Positions 8,307-17,296 are shown, counted from the first letter of the stretch. The stretch is DNA of 64,000 nucleotides from a virus (IMGVR_UViG_3300037484_000435:448001-512000); one strand, 5' to 3'. Numbers and translations are program-made. The notes: generated from the sequence alone by a model not told the origin.

Positions 8307-8906
8307 CTATGTACACGCAAATACATGCTCTCTGGGAGGCCACAAACAAGAGCGTAGATACTCTGACGCACTCATATGTTCGTGTTTAGGTGCCACCTTA
8401 AGGTTCTCTTCGGCTTCTCTGGCTTTCTCTCTTATCCTATGTCCATTTTCTTGGCAGAATTCTTGTTCAGATAAACGCAGGGAATACACACGGAGAGATT
8501 CGTCATTACCGAGACTCATCAAGTAATGCAGATCATCGCGCCGAGATAATTGGTCTGCTACCCGATTACGGCGTCTTTTCACCCATTCCAGTTTCCATTG
8601 TCCATTCTTTGGAAATGATTTTCTTAGGGTTGTCAGCATCTGGTAACGATAAGAACCAGCAGAAGCCTTTAAACTCGCGCCTTGCTTAACCCCCGCCAAA
8701 ATACTTTTGCAGTCAGTATAAAAGGTAGTAGGCAAGTCCTGTTCTGAGTTCAACAGGCTGGTCGCTAATACCAAAACCTGTAGCTCCCTGTCAATAGAGT
8801 CATCACTAATATCCTTTCGATGACTAAATGCCAGACAATCCGGCCTCATTACTATGCCCAGACCCTTCCCAGAGGCATCCACCCACACTTTCCTTTGAAC
8901 CAACAT
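8307..8906 (-). CDS. RNase HI-like protein
   Basis: Acidic tetrad VDAS / REL / YTDC / N-x-VADQLS; LEWVKR motif. Confidence 0.75.
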   Translation of the reverse strand: MLVQRKVWVDASGKGLGIVMRPDCLAFSHRKDISDDSIDRELQVLVLATSLLNSEQDLPTTFYTDCKSILAGVKQGASLKASAGSYRYQMLTTLRKSFPKNGQWKLEWVKRRRNRVADQLSRRDDLHYLMSLGNDESLRVYSLRLSEQEFCQENGHRIREKAREAEENLKVAPKHEHMSASEYLRSCLWPPREHVFACT

Positions 8907-8965
8907 TGTTCTACTTCTTTCTTAGGAGGAGCCCCCACCATCGGATGAGGGCTCCCGCGGGCGGA

Positions 8966-9187
8966 TTAGTTATGGAAAAAGGGACATGAGTTCTTTCTCT
9001 GAACGAACTGTCCCTCGAATGGGCTGTTCTTCTCGTTACACTTCAACCCATGACGAATCGGGCTCGGAGCCCCCTTGCAATTCTGGCAAAAGCCGTATTC
9101 GGTTTCAGGATGCTTATCAGTGTATTTGCGGGCCTTCGCGTTGTCCTGACGAGTTTCTTTGGACCTCTTGAAATTTGCTCTTTTCAT
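8966..9187 (-). CDS. Hypothetical protein (CxxC)
   Basis: Co-directional ORF. Confidence 0.6.
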   Translation of the reverse strand: MKRANFKRSKETRQDNAKARKYTDKHPETEYGFCQNCKGAPSPIRHGLKCNEKNSPFEGQFVQRKNSCPFFHN

Positions 9188-9305
9188 TGTAAATTCCTCC
9201 GCTTTCTTTTTATAGGAAGTTTCTTAGGAAAGGACAAAGAGGGAAACCTTCTTCCCGCTAATTATTTTTAGAGTTCTCTAGGGAGCACCCTCTCTGTCTT
9301 AATTA

Positions 9306-10106
9306 TCAGTCTGCACCAACTCGCTCATTCTCGTTGGCCATCTGGAATTGTTGAACAGCCCGCCACGCGTAACCTTTATCATCTACGGCGGATAACTTAA
9401 CTTCGGGATGCTGGGGATGCGAAACAGTACCTGCACTACTGTAGCCACCACTCCAAACATGGCGACTACCCCGCAGGGCGTTCATGTTATGGTTCCACAA
9501 CCTTTGCTGGATGAAATACATATCACCCTGTCGATGTACCGTCTTCCCCGCTCGCTGTGCTTTCTTTACCACAGCAGGCACCAACCAGTCCAGAGCTTTT
9601 GCCACGGTCTGGATAGTTCCGGGTATGCGAACCGCCCAGTCTTGTCCATCGGACCTACCACACAGAAATGAGGCGTAGGTTCTTCGTGTGCGTGATCGTG
9701 CGGACCAAAAGTCCTGATATGGCCCAGTTTTCCACTTGTAGTTTACTACCCACATGTGTGGATTTACAGCACGATCCACAAGCATCTTCACCATTTCGGT
9801 GTGTCCCTCAAAAAAGTCGCGAGGAACTTGGATACGTCTTGCTTGGATCTGTGCTTCAGCACGCTTGAAGAGGATTTCTTTCACATGGTCATTCAAATCC
9901 TGTTCTTCGCACTCCAAGTTTTCAATGTCCTGTTGCAGAACCACTGAATCCTCTTTCATAGCGTTTAAGGCACTTTGCAGATTGGTGAAGCCACGAGTGT
10001 CAAAGCCAAATTGGGACTTCCATTCTTTTTCGATGCTCTCCAAAACCCGTTGTGTGGCATCCACAAATGATTTCTGTGCCATCAGGGTAACTTGCTCCGC
10101 GTTCAT
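9306..10106 (-). CDS. Hypothetical protein, coiled-coil N-terminus and RQGD/HPQH C-terminal domain
   Basis: 266 aa with GGAGG RBS. Confidence 0.8.
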   Translation of the reverse strand: MNAEQVTLMAQKSFVDATQRVLESIEKEWKSQFGFDTRGFTNLQSALNAMKEDSVVLQQDIENLECEEQDLNDHVKEILFKRAEAQIQARRIQVPRDFFEGHTEMVKMLVDRAVNPHMWVVNYKWKTGPYQDFWSARSRTRRTYASFLCGRSDGQDWAVRIPGTIQTVAKALDWLVPAVVKKAQRAGKTVHRQGDMYFIQQRLWNHNMNALRGSRHVWSGGYSSAGTVSHPQHPEVKLSAVDDKGYAWRAVQQFQMANENERVGAD

Positions 10107-10145
10107 CTTTCTTTCCTCCGCTTTTGAAAAGTTTCTTTGGAATGC

Positions 10146-10523
10146 CTATTCAACAGTCCAAGTTGCCTTTGCTCGGCCAATAGGTTCAATATCCGTTATC
10201 ATGGCCGTGAAACAACCACTTTGATAAAAGTTCACTCTTGTGTGGTCATGCCCCACTTTGTGGCAAAAGACATGATGACCACTGGGATAGACGTCATGAG
10301 GACCATGACCTGTTCCCCCGCCATCAGTGGTAGTTTTGTCTACGATGTATTTTCCAGTCAGGAAAAGAGTTGAAAGACCACCACATACATCTCCAATGGT
10401 AATATCTGTCTCATCAGATTCTTTGAAGTTTCCCTCATTGTTCTCATAGATGCAATGATGGGGCAACGTTGTGTAGACTCGGTGCCCCTTAACCAACTCA
10501 ATCACATCACCTTCTTTTAGCAT
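10146..10523 (-). CDS. Conserved phage hypothetical protein
   Basis: GGGTGHGPHDVYPSGHHVFC His-rich motif; RBS. Confidence 0.8.
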   Translation of the reverse strand: MLKEGDVIELVKGHRVYTTLPHHCIYENNEGNFKESDETDITIGDVCGGLSTLFLTGKYIVDKTTTDGGGTGHGPHDVYPSGHHVFCHKVGHDHTRVNFYQSGCFTAMITDIEPIGRAKATWTVE

Positions 10524-10532
10524 TTTACTCTC

Positions 10533-10919
10533 CTAACTGCTGATGAAAACAGAATCCTCACGACCACGTATTTTCAACCGCAGACCTACTGACCTAATAG
10601 TTGCTGGCAAACCAACGACTTCTATCTCTTCGAGGTCACCACAATTTAGGTCACCAAGACGGAAGTCTTCGTGCTCTGAAGACAAGTTAAAATCTACAAG
10701 TTCTTGCGCTTGGCGACTAATCTGTCCCTCAGGAACAAGCGGGCACCACACTTTGTGAAATACCCGCAAACTCTGTTTAGGGTCTGTGATTTCCTCAAAG
10801 AAGTCCAAGGAATTGAGTGCCCCCGCACCGTATCCAAGATGTGTAAAGGCATCTTCGGGACTGGTCCCCTCACCTTCACAAGTTTCCCCTGTAAGCCAGT
10901 GAAACCTAAAGCGTTTCAT
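10533..10919 (-). CDS. Hypothetical protein
   Basis: Packed operon ORF with RBS. Confidence 0.7.
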   Translation of the reverse strand: MKRFRFHWLTGETCEGEGTSPEDAFTHLGYGAGALNSLDFFEEITDPKQSLRVFHKVWCPLVPEGQISRQAQELVDFNLSSEHEDFRLGDLNCGDLEEIEVVGLPATIRSVGLRLKIRGREDSVFISS

Positions 10920-11205
10920 GCTTTTCCTCCCTCAACACCCTTGTGGTGTAATCGTAGAACGGGCGTCCCCGATCATCCACTCGGTGGCACTCCGGAAGAG
11001 CAGGTCTCTTACCATCTGGTGTTTTGACCCAAATGTCCGCCCTGTGGGCCCTCTCATCGGCGGGGGGAATCTCCTCAAACGCGTCCAGAATGAGATCCGC
11101 GAGTGAAACTGTCGGATCTTTCTCCTTTTTCCATGCACGGATCCTATCCTGGATGCCAGGATCCGCATCACCAATTATCCTTGCGGGAGGCAAGTCTTTT
11201 GGCAT
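10906..11205 (-). CDS. Hypothetical protein
   Basis: Packed operon ORF with RBS. Confidence 0.7.
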   Translation of the reverse strand: MPKDLPPARIIGDADPGIQDRIRAWKKEKDPTVSLADLILDAFEEIPPADERAHRADIWVKTPDGKRPALPECHRVDDRGRPFYDYTTRVLREEKHETL

Positions 11206-11228
11206 TTGCTTCTTCTCCTTTTGTTTTG

Positions 11229-11444
11229 TTAGGTCAGTTCAACTGGTTTACCACAACCGTAGCAATATGTGGCAACCCACTCTAATCCTGGTCCATCCCA
11301 ACCCAACACTGGTCGGGCTGAAGTGTGTTCGAGTTTGGTTTTTGCATAACGGGAGATGTGACCACATCCGCCCTTCTCCTTGTCACAGTGAAAGAAATGG
11401 TCGCCTTTTGCCTTCATATCCACAGGCCCAGCTAACAGAGACAT
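11229..11444 (-). CDS. Zinc-ribbon-like hypothetical protein
   Basis: C-x6-C and CxxC pairs. Confidence 0.65.
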   Translation of the reverse strand: MSLLAGPVDMKAKGDHFFHCDKEKGGCGHISRYAKTKLEHTSARPVLGWDGPGLEWVATYCYGCGKPVELT

Positions 11445-11620
11445 TACTTATCCTCTCTTTCTTCACAAAGAATCTTTCGGAGTTCTTCAGTAAACTTACG
11501 ATCGGCTGTGGGAAGATACGCACCACGGAATATCCGATCAATCTCTTTGGCCCGTTCAATTTCCTCAGGTGTTGGAGGTTTTTCGTAGAATTTTCCATTC
11601 AACAGAAAAGTTGGTGGCAT
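11444..11620 (-). CDS. Hypothetical protein
   Basis: Start moved to ATG 11620 (overlaps the upstream stop). Confidence 0.6.
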   Translation of the reverse strand: MPPTFLLNGKFYEKPPTPEEIERAKEIDRIFRGAYLPTADRKFTEELRKILCEEREDK

Positions 11621-12129
11621 TAACTTTCTCCCTTGATTGCCGATATACTTTTGCCTTCTACTGCGTTGGCCACAACAATCTCGTCCCAACCCTCTGAGAA
11701 CATTGGTTCCTCGTCGTTCAAGAACATGCGGGCCACTACTTCAGGAGGAACACTTGCGTCTCTTTTCGCGTTGCGTTCCAATAGAGTCTGCAGACCCTCA
11801 ACACAGTAAATGCAAACCACTGTATAGCCAAAGGCCTTCGCAATGTTGATGATGGGACCTCGCACTACTCGATTGGGCAATGTCGCTTCAAAGACGAAGT
11901 CTGTACCTTTCTGCAAACGAATAGCGAATTGTTTCCAAGCCCAAGACCAAGCCAACCCTATACGTTCCGCGTAGGTTTCTCCAGATCCCCCAGCCCACCA
12001 ACGGTCTCCGAGTTTTAAACTACCATAGAGGTCAGGGGAAACGACAGGAAGTTCTGGGAAATGTTTTTCTCGATGACTCGTCTTACCACTGGCTGGCGGG
12101 CCAACCATCACATAAAGTGTTGGCATCAA
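11620..12129 (-). CDS. AAA_33-type P-loop kinase (polynucleotide kinase-like)
   Basis: LYVMVGPPASGKT Walker A, VSPD, FVFEAT, and lid motif LLERNAKR as in the T4 Pnk kinase domain family. Confidence 0.85.
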   Translation of the reverse strand: MMPTLYVMVGPPASGKTSHREKHFPELPVVSPDLYGSLKLGDRWWAGGSGETYAERIGLAWSWAWKQFAIRLQKGTDFVFEATLPNRVVRGPIINIAKAFGYTVVCIYCVEGLQTLLERNAKRDASVPPEVVARMFLNDEEPMFSEGWDEIVVANAVEGKSISAIKGES

Positions 12130-12476
12130 GCACCTCCTGCCCCTTCAAAGTATTTCTCCGGATGAGCACAGATATCATCCACCAGATTATGACGCCTGTC
12201 TGCCTCGATAAAGGCTTCCCATTCACGGGTTTCTACGAGGAAAGTCCTCAGAATGGTCCACAACTCTCTGGACTCCTTTGTTGCTGGGACTCTCTCTCGG
12301 ATTACGAGTTGGGCAATGAACCCGTCGCGAGTTTCTGGCAGATACTTGAATTTTATATTACCTATTTGAGCAACATAAATGTTCTCGTCCTTTACCCACT
12401 TCCCCACAGTGATTCCCTTGATCATTTCAATCGCCCACTGTTCCATGGTCATTCCTTTCCGAGTGGATCCGTCCAT
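12126..12476 (-). CDS. Hypothetical protein
   Basis: Packed operon ORF. Confidence 0.65.
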   Translation of the reverse strand: MDGSTRKGMTMEQWAIEMIKGITVGKWVKDENIYVAQIGNIKFKYLPETRDGFIAQLVIRERVPATKESRELWTILRTFLVETREWEAFIEADRRHNLVDDICAHPEKYFEGAGGA

Positions 12477-12655
12477 TCAGGCTGTTTTCGTATTTCCAAA
12501 ACTTGGTCAAATGTTAGATTTGCCATGTCCCAACCCTTTTCTGCACAGTAGTTCTTAGAGAACTCTCCACGCATTTCAAGGACCTTCCTTGTGTCTTCGT
12601 CGATGGAATTGTTCACATCAACCAAAACGTTGTCACCCATTTTGAGATGCCACAT
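12449..12655 (-). CDS. Hypothetical protein
   Basis: Packed operon ORF. Confidence 0.6.
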   Translation of the reverse strand: MWHLKMGDNVLVDVNNSIDEDTRKVLEMRGEFSKNYCAEKGWDMANLTFDQVLEIRKQPEWTDPLGKE

Positions 12656-12693
12656 ATTGTCTTCCTTCCCGCCGTTTTACCTACGTTAACCCT

Positions 12694-12990
12694 TCACACA
12701 AAGAAATGAACTACCCACCCGATGCAAAGAAGTAGAATTAGGATGAGGAATTGGAAAAGCATCCTAGTCAAGGCGATCTTATAAGTGTCGTCACTAACAG
12801 CGTTGTCTATGTCTTCGTTTCGTACACGGTGTGTTAGTAGTGACGCTATTACCGAAATGCCTATAGCTACGGGGATAGATATCACAGGGAGTCCAAAGGT
12901 TGTAACTATAAACCAAGCCCAGAGAAGTGAGAATATAATTCCCTCAGCCACCAGATTTATAATCATGATTGCCGTTAACAAGAGAGCCAT
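12694..12990 (-). CDS. Membrane protein (about 3 TM)
   Basis: Hydrophobic segments. Confidence 0.75.
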   Translation of the reverse strand: MALLLTAIMIINLVAEGIIFSLLWAWFIVTTFGLPVISIPVAIGISVIASLLTHRVRNEDIDNAVSDDTYKIALTRMLFQFLILILLLCIGWVVHFFV

Positions 12991-13107
12991 TTACGTTTTT
13001 CCTTTCTTTGTCATTACTGCTAACTCGACCGATTTTCTCCTTAAAACGTTTGTCCTACTGCCACGACAAACCAAATGGACACAGTAGGACAAACTCGGGG
13101 CAACTGA

Positions 13108-13443
13108 CTAGTCAGCCGCCATTACGAATTCCAAAGGACCCTCGTCCTCGGCAGGGGCCACATAGCCAGGAAGGAACTTGTCCAACCCATCGTGACCCGC
13201 CTTGATTGCGGCCCGCACACCACGAATGAATCCGCGATGGGTGAGCTTCCCACCCGACAACGCGATTATCACTCGCTCGATCTGGGCGGGGTCAGTCAAG
13301 GTTGTGCCCTTACCGTCCTTGGCCTTCTTGCCCTTCATCCACTCCAGATTGGGTGTGATTGCCGACTCGGTCCTGTTCCACACCCCGCCTTTTACGGAGC
13401 ACTGCCTTACCTTACCATCGTTGCGTTTCATAGTTTCCTCCAC
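13108..13443 (-). CDS. Hypothetical protein
   Basis: Co-directional ORF. Confidence 0.7.
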   Translation of the reverse strand: MEETMKRNDGKVRQCSVKGGVWNRTESAITPNLEWMKGKKAKDGKGTTLTDPAQIERVIIALSGGKLTHRGFIRGVRAAIKAGHDGLDKFLPGYVAPAEDEGPLEFVMAAD

Positions 13444-13461
13444 GCTTTTTGGTTGTGACCA

Positions 13462-14025
13462 TTAAATGGTCTGAATCCACCTTCCGAACGCCTCTCCGAG
13501 CATCTGAGTAAACTCAGACTTTGAGATGTCCAACGGAACGAAATCATTGTTGTGGTCATAAATGCAGATGGTATCGAAACCCTGCACTGTAGAGATTCTC
13601 TGTTCCAGAGCCCCGAAGACCAAACGATCTACGAACTTCTGGATGCTTCGTTTCGTTGCCCGTTGCTCGAAATCATCATAGAGTTCGTCCATCTGGTCAA
13701 CAACTTCCTCTGACACTTCAGCACGGAAGGTGTTCCACAAGGCCTCAAAGTCAATCCTCACATCTTCCGCTGGAAGCGGGAACCTTTCAGGGTCTGCTTG
13801 ATGAAGTGCCCGAAGGACTATTTCCTCATTGGATGTTGAGTCATCGAGAGTTTCCGCAACTTCCTCTATGGCATCTTTGGCCTCTTTAAGACCAATATTG
13901 CCCCTCATGCGAATCTTCTTTATCAGTTGGATTTTTCCGTCTTCTCCAGAACGGTCCTGCCATCTTATAGGCATTTTATCCTCCACTTTTTGTAAGTTTC
14001 TTTGGAAATAAGGATGGGGCGACAT
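13462..14025 (-). CDS. Protein with ribosomal L7/L12 C-terminal-like domain
   Basis: KIQLIKKIR...GLKEAKDAIE matches the L12 CTD KI.VIK.VR..TGLGLKEAK.LVE signature. Confidence 0.7.
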   Translation of the reverse strand: MSPHPYFQRNLQKVEDKMPIRWQDRSGEDGKIQLIKKIRMRGNIGLKEAKDAIEEVAETLDDSTSNEEIVLRALHQADPERFPLPAEDVRIDFEALWNTFRAEVSEEVVDQMDELYDDFEQRATKRSIQKFVDRLVFGALEQRISTVQGFDTICIYDHNNDFVPLDISKSEFTQMLGEAFGRWIQTI

Positions 14026-14050
14026 GTGGTTGCATATCGCCCGTTAGGGA

Positions 14051-14293
14051 TTAGCTGAAATTGTAGTGACTCGAATCACAATCCAGACAATCCCTAGCCC
14101 CCGACGAACAACGAATACAGGGTTTAGCACCCGTGTTATATCCGTAGCCGAGGTCATCCAAGACGTTTACGGACCTTTCTGCGAGGAACTCTTCGTCCTC
14201 GCGAATTGTCCGCTTCTCTGTCCGACGATCCACCTTTCGGCCCATCCTCAACTCCTTTCGAAAGAAAAAAGGCACACAGGTAATTACCTGCAT
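14051..14293 (-). CDS. Hypothetical protein (CxxC)
   Basis: Co-directional ORF; start uncertain. Confidence 0.5.
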   Translation of the reverse strand: MQVITCVPFFFRKELRMGRKVDRRTEKRTIREDEEFLAERSVNVLDDLGYGYNTGAKPCIRCSSGARDCLDCDSSHYNFS

Positions 14294-14311
14294 GCCTGTT
14301 GGGTTCGGGGA

Positions 14312-14875
14312 TTACCGTTTTCCAAAAGAGGTTCCAAGGTTTTCCTTCAGGAGGGCACCGAGGCTGGAAGCGGGTTGCTCCTCTTCTTCGGTGTACGGAA
14401 CAGGATTATCTGGGCACTGACAACAATGGTCGTCATACCCAAAATTGTCCTTATACTTCCTGCACACCGTCTGGCAATACTCCTCCTGTTCCTCTTTGGT
14501 CACCTCGTGGCGATTGAAGACCACTTTAGAGCCTGAGATATTGATGTCGTTACTTGTCAGACGACGCCCATCAATAGACCAAGCCTCTATCTCGATCTTC
14601 ACCCTGCAACACGAACTGTGAATCAGTGCTCGAAAGTCTGGATGGTCCACGATCTTTCTCCACAAATAATCGATGTCTGTAGCAGACATAGGTATTGTGA
14701 GTCGATCGTTGGTTATGATGGTAACCAAATAGACCTTCCACGCTTCCGACTCCCAGCGGGCGGGCCTGATGAAGGTCCAAACCGCAATGGCCATTGCTGT
14801 GGTGTAATCGATCCAATTCCGGATCTGACCATCAACCACAAAAAGAGTTTCCTTGGTTTCTCGGTTGTTTGACAT
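14312..14875 (-). CDS. Hypothetical protein
   Basis: GGAGG RBS; first gene downstream of hairpin elements E-G. Confidence 0.75.
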   Translation of the reverse strand: MSNNRETKETLFVVDGQIRNWIDYTTAMAIAVWTFIRPARWESEAWKVYLVTIITNDRLTIPMSATDIDYLWRKIVDHPDFRALIHSSCCRVKIEIEAWSIDGRRLTSNDINISGSKVVFNRHEVTKEEQEEYCQTVCRKYKDNFGYDDHCCQCPDNPVPYTEEEEQPASSLGALLKENLGTSFGKR

Positions 14876-14922
14876 GATCGACCTCCGCTCTTTTGGTTGG
14901 CGTGCGATGCACGCAGGCTATC

Positions 14923-14985
14923 TTTTATAACCCATTTATCATTTAATATACCTTGGGAAAGAGGGTACTTTCCTTTAAGGTAAAT
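14923..14985. promoter_or_regulatory. Repeated hairpin element copy E
   Basis: ttttataaccc...tttaatatacctt-g-ggaaag-AGGGTA-ctttcc-ttt-aaggta. Confidence 0.6.
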
Positions 14986-15023
14986 TAGAAAAACATGTGA
15001 GTAGGTGTATGTAAAATTTTTTA

Positions 15024-16204
15024 ACTAACTTAGTTTTTAGAGTAAGAAGTTAAAAATTTTAATGATGAGGTGATCTCAATTTGTTAACCTACAAATTCAG
15101 AATGTATCCAACAAAAATACAACAGGCAAAGCTCTGGAAACATGCAAATTTGTTGAATCGGCTTTACAATTACTTCCTAAAACAACGTTTAGAAGCATTT
15201 GAAAAGAATGAGCCAAGAATTTATCGCTATCAGCAACAGGCTGAATTGGTTCAATTAAAAAAGGATATCCCAGAGATTAAAGAGATCCATGCTCAAGTTT
15301 TACAACAAGTTCCGTTAAGATTGGATAATGCTTATACCGCGTTTCTTAAGAGAATCAAATTAAAACAAGGAAAGCCTTGCTATAGGAGTTGCCACAATTT
15401 CTTTGGAATTACTTATCCTCAGAGCGGGTACAAAATAACTAAAACAAGTCTCTGCACAAAAGCATATGGAAAAATAAAACTTTTCCAGCACCGAGGAGTT
15501 ATTGGAGAAATAAAACAAATCAAAATAATTTGCAAAAATGAGAAGTGGTTCGTATGTGTAACAACTGACCACAGGTTACCAACTTCTACCTCTGGGTCTA
15601 GAATGATTGGTTTAGATTTAGGTATTGCTAACTTGGTAGCAACCTCCGAAGGGGAAATTATACCCAATAGAAGTCACGCACGTTACTTTAATAAACAAAT
15701 CAACAAACTGAGATCACATCAGGATAAAAAATGCAAAAAAAACTCAAGGAGGCATAAATTTCTTTCTAGGTCTATTAGTAAGTTGTATGGTGCAAAAGTT
15801 AGAAAAACAAATGATTTTTTGCACAAGGTGTCTAGACGCCTAACCCTAAAATATGATACAATTGTTATTGAAGACCTTACACTGAAGAAGATGTCGGAAT
15901 CTAATATTAGAGGGTTAAACCGCGAATTGCGGAACAGTTGCTTAGCACGATTTATATATTACTTAAGTTACAAAGCCGAACGTTTAATAAAGGTTAATCC
16001 TATGAATACTTCCAAGATGTGTAATCGTTGTGGCCGTATTCATGATATGCCTTTATCAAAACGTACATTGGTTTGTGAGTGTGGAAATGTTGTAGATCGA
16101 GATGTTAATGCAGCTCAAAACATACTTTGCTTGGGACGAGCCTATTTATTAAATTTAATAGATAGTACTGCGATACTAACGCAGGAAGTGCTTGCACAGT
16201 TCAC
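15024..16204 (+). mobile_element. Non-autonomous IS200/IS605-family element (TnpB only)
   Basis: Right end ...CAGTTCAC at 16204; excision re-forms TTTTA^TAACCC, the 5' box of the hairpin repeat family, which fixes the left junction at 15023/15024. Confidence 0.7.
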
Positions 16205-16244
16205 TAACCCTTCTTTCATGAAATATAACCTTAAAGTAGGGTAA
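15081..16244 (+). CDS. tnpB: TnpB RNA-guided endonuclease
   Basis: N-terminal HTH (YKFRMYPT..Q), RuvC GLDLG / IEDL / DRDVNAA, C-terminal CxxC-CxC zinc ribbon. Confidence 0.95.
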   Translation: MLTYKFRMYPTKIQQAKLWKHANLLNRLYNYFLKQRLEAFEKNEPRIYRYQQQAELVQLKKDIPEIKEIHAQVLQQVPLRLDNAYTAFLKRIKLKQGKPCYRSCHNFFGITYPQSGYKITKTSLCTKAYGKIKLFQHRGVIGEIKQIKIICKNEKWFVCVTTDHRLPTSTSGSRMIGLDLGIANLVATSEGEIIPNRSHARYFNKQINKLRSHQDKKCKKNSRRHKFLSRSISKLYGAKVRKTNDFLHKVSRRLTLKYDTIVIEDLTLKKMSESNIRGLNRELRNSCLARFIYYLSYKAERLIKVNPMNTSKMCNRCGRIHDMPLSKRTLVCECGNVVDRDVNAAQNILCLGRAYLLNLIDSTAILTQEVLAQFTNPSFMKYNLKVG

Positions 16245-16266
16245 GAGGGTACCCTAATTGAAGGAT
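16205..16266. promoter_or_regulatory. Repeated hairpin element copy F (split by the TnpB element)
   Basis: taaccc...aaatataacctt-aaag-tagggta-AGAGGG-tacccta-attg-aagg. Confidence 0.6.
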
Positions 16267-16305
16267 ATATAGAAGAGGTAGGTAAGCATACACGTACATG
16301 CCCAT

Positions 16306-16366
16306 TTTTATAACCCTTCAGTCTTTGAATATACTTCTGGGTTAGAGGGTCTAACTTGAAGGTACA
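16306..16366. promoter_or_regulatory. Repeated hairpin element copy G
   Basis: ttttataaccc...tttgaatatacttc-tgg-gttag-AGGGT-ctaac-tt-gaaggta. Confidence 0.6.
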
Positions 16367-16452
16367 TTGACTTTTGTATTGTCTTAGTCTTTGTTTGATT
16401 GATTAGGCATATAAGCCCCTACATGAGGGACTTATACACCTTTAGCTGGATT

Positions 16453-16623
16453 CTATGTCCGAATTGTCTTTTCGGGATAGAGGGAAATCTCCCATTGAAT
16501 AGCAAGAATTTGATTGGAGCGACTACCGATGTTGTGGCGACTCACAACTTCAAGACCCAGATCGCCATAATCACCACCAGTCTGCATCAACGAGGTGTGA
16601 ACAAAAAGCCAGAGATAAGTCAT
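16453..16623 (-). CDS. Small hypothetical protein (56 aa, not in track)
   Basis: ATGA overlap with the upstream stop; fills the gap. Confidence 0.45.
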   Translation of the reverse strand: MTYLWLFVHTSLMQTGGDYGDLGLEVVSRHNIGSRSNQILAIQWEISLYPEKTIRT

Positions 16624-16802
16624 TTGGATTCCTCCTGTTTACGAGCATGGAGCAGACATGCAAGAGTTTGTTCTGCATTTGAATAAGCCATTTGTAACCA
16701 AACCTTGGTTTTCTCGTTACTATATTCTCCCTGAGCCTTTTCTACATCTCGTCGAAGCATTTCCGCATCTTCAATAAGGTCAAGTAGGGGAGTTACACTC
16801 AT
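16620..16802 (-). CDS. Hypothetical protein
   Basis: Packed operon ORF. Confidence 0.65.
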   Translation of the reverse strand: MSVTPLLDLIEDAEMLRRDVEKAQGEYSNEKTKVWLQMAYSNAEQTLACLLHARKQEESK

Positions 16803-17296
16803 GGAGCTTTCCTTTCTCGTTTTTGTAGATTACTTCTAATTTTTGTCAACCGAGAACAAAACTCTTGAGTAGTGAGTATTGTTTGTCGAGGGTCGTTTTT
16901 GCCGATGGTGTGAGTAAGAACTGCATCTCGTGATGCTAAGAGGGCACGTCGGGCGGAATCATTCTGAATGAACATTGCATTGTAAGCACGATCCAACAGC
17001 TCTTGGTATTCTTTTGAGAACCTATCGATTTCTTTCCCACGCCACCATATCTTTCCGTCTCTTTGCCACTTCTTGCCCTTACCCTTGAACTTAGCCTTTC
17101 TCCCCACCAGACGGCAAACTTCTATCTGCATATCAGGATTGGAGAACTTCAAACTTTGTAAGAAGCCTTCCATCGATGCTATGTTTATGCCGTCCAGAAC
17201 GAAAGGATGTGGGGAAAAGTTTGATAAGGCATCCGCTGGGCAGGCTTTTCCGCTTCCTATATCCATAACTATCACCTCGAAAGTTTTCTCCTCCAC
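16799..17296 (-). CDS. T4 gp30.3-like NADAR-family protein
   Basis: LSNFSPHPFVLDG...SMEGFLQSLK...W..G..I.R.S..YQ.LL..AY...QN...LL.S pattern of the phage 30.3/NADAR fold. Confidence 0.8.
   Translation of the reverse strand: MEEKTFEVIVMDIGSGKACPADALSNFSPHPFVLDGINIASMEGFLQSLKFSNPDMQIEVCRLVGRKAKFKGKGKKWQRDGKIWWRGKEIDRFSKEYQELLDRAYNAMFIQNDSARRALLASRDAVLTHTIGKNDPRQTILTTQEFCSRLTKIRSNLQKRERKAP

Noticed and set aside
11024-11623. 199-aa plus-strand ORF (and similar antisense ORFs at 9754-10224, 14066-14536, 19631-20125, 40752-41297)
   Set aside because: Antisense shadows of well-supported genes, with no RBS or motifs.
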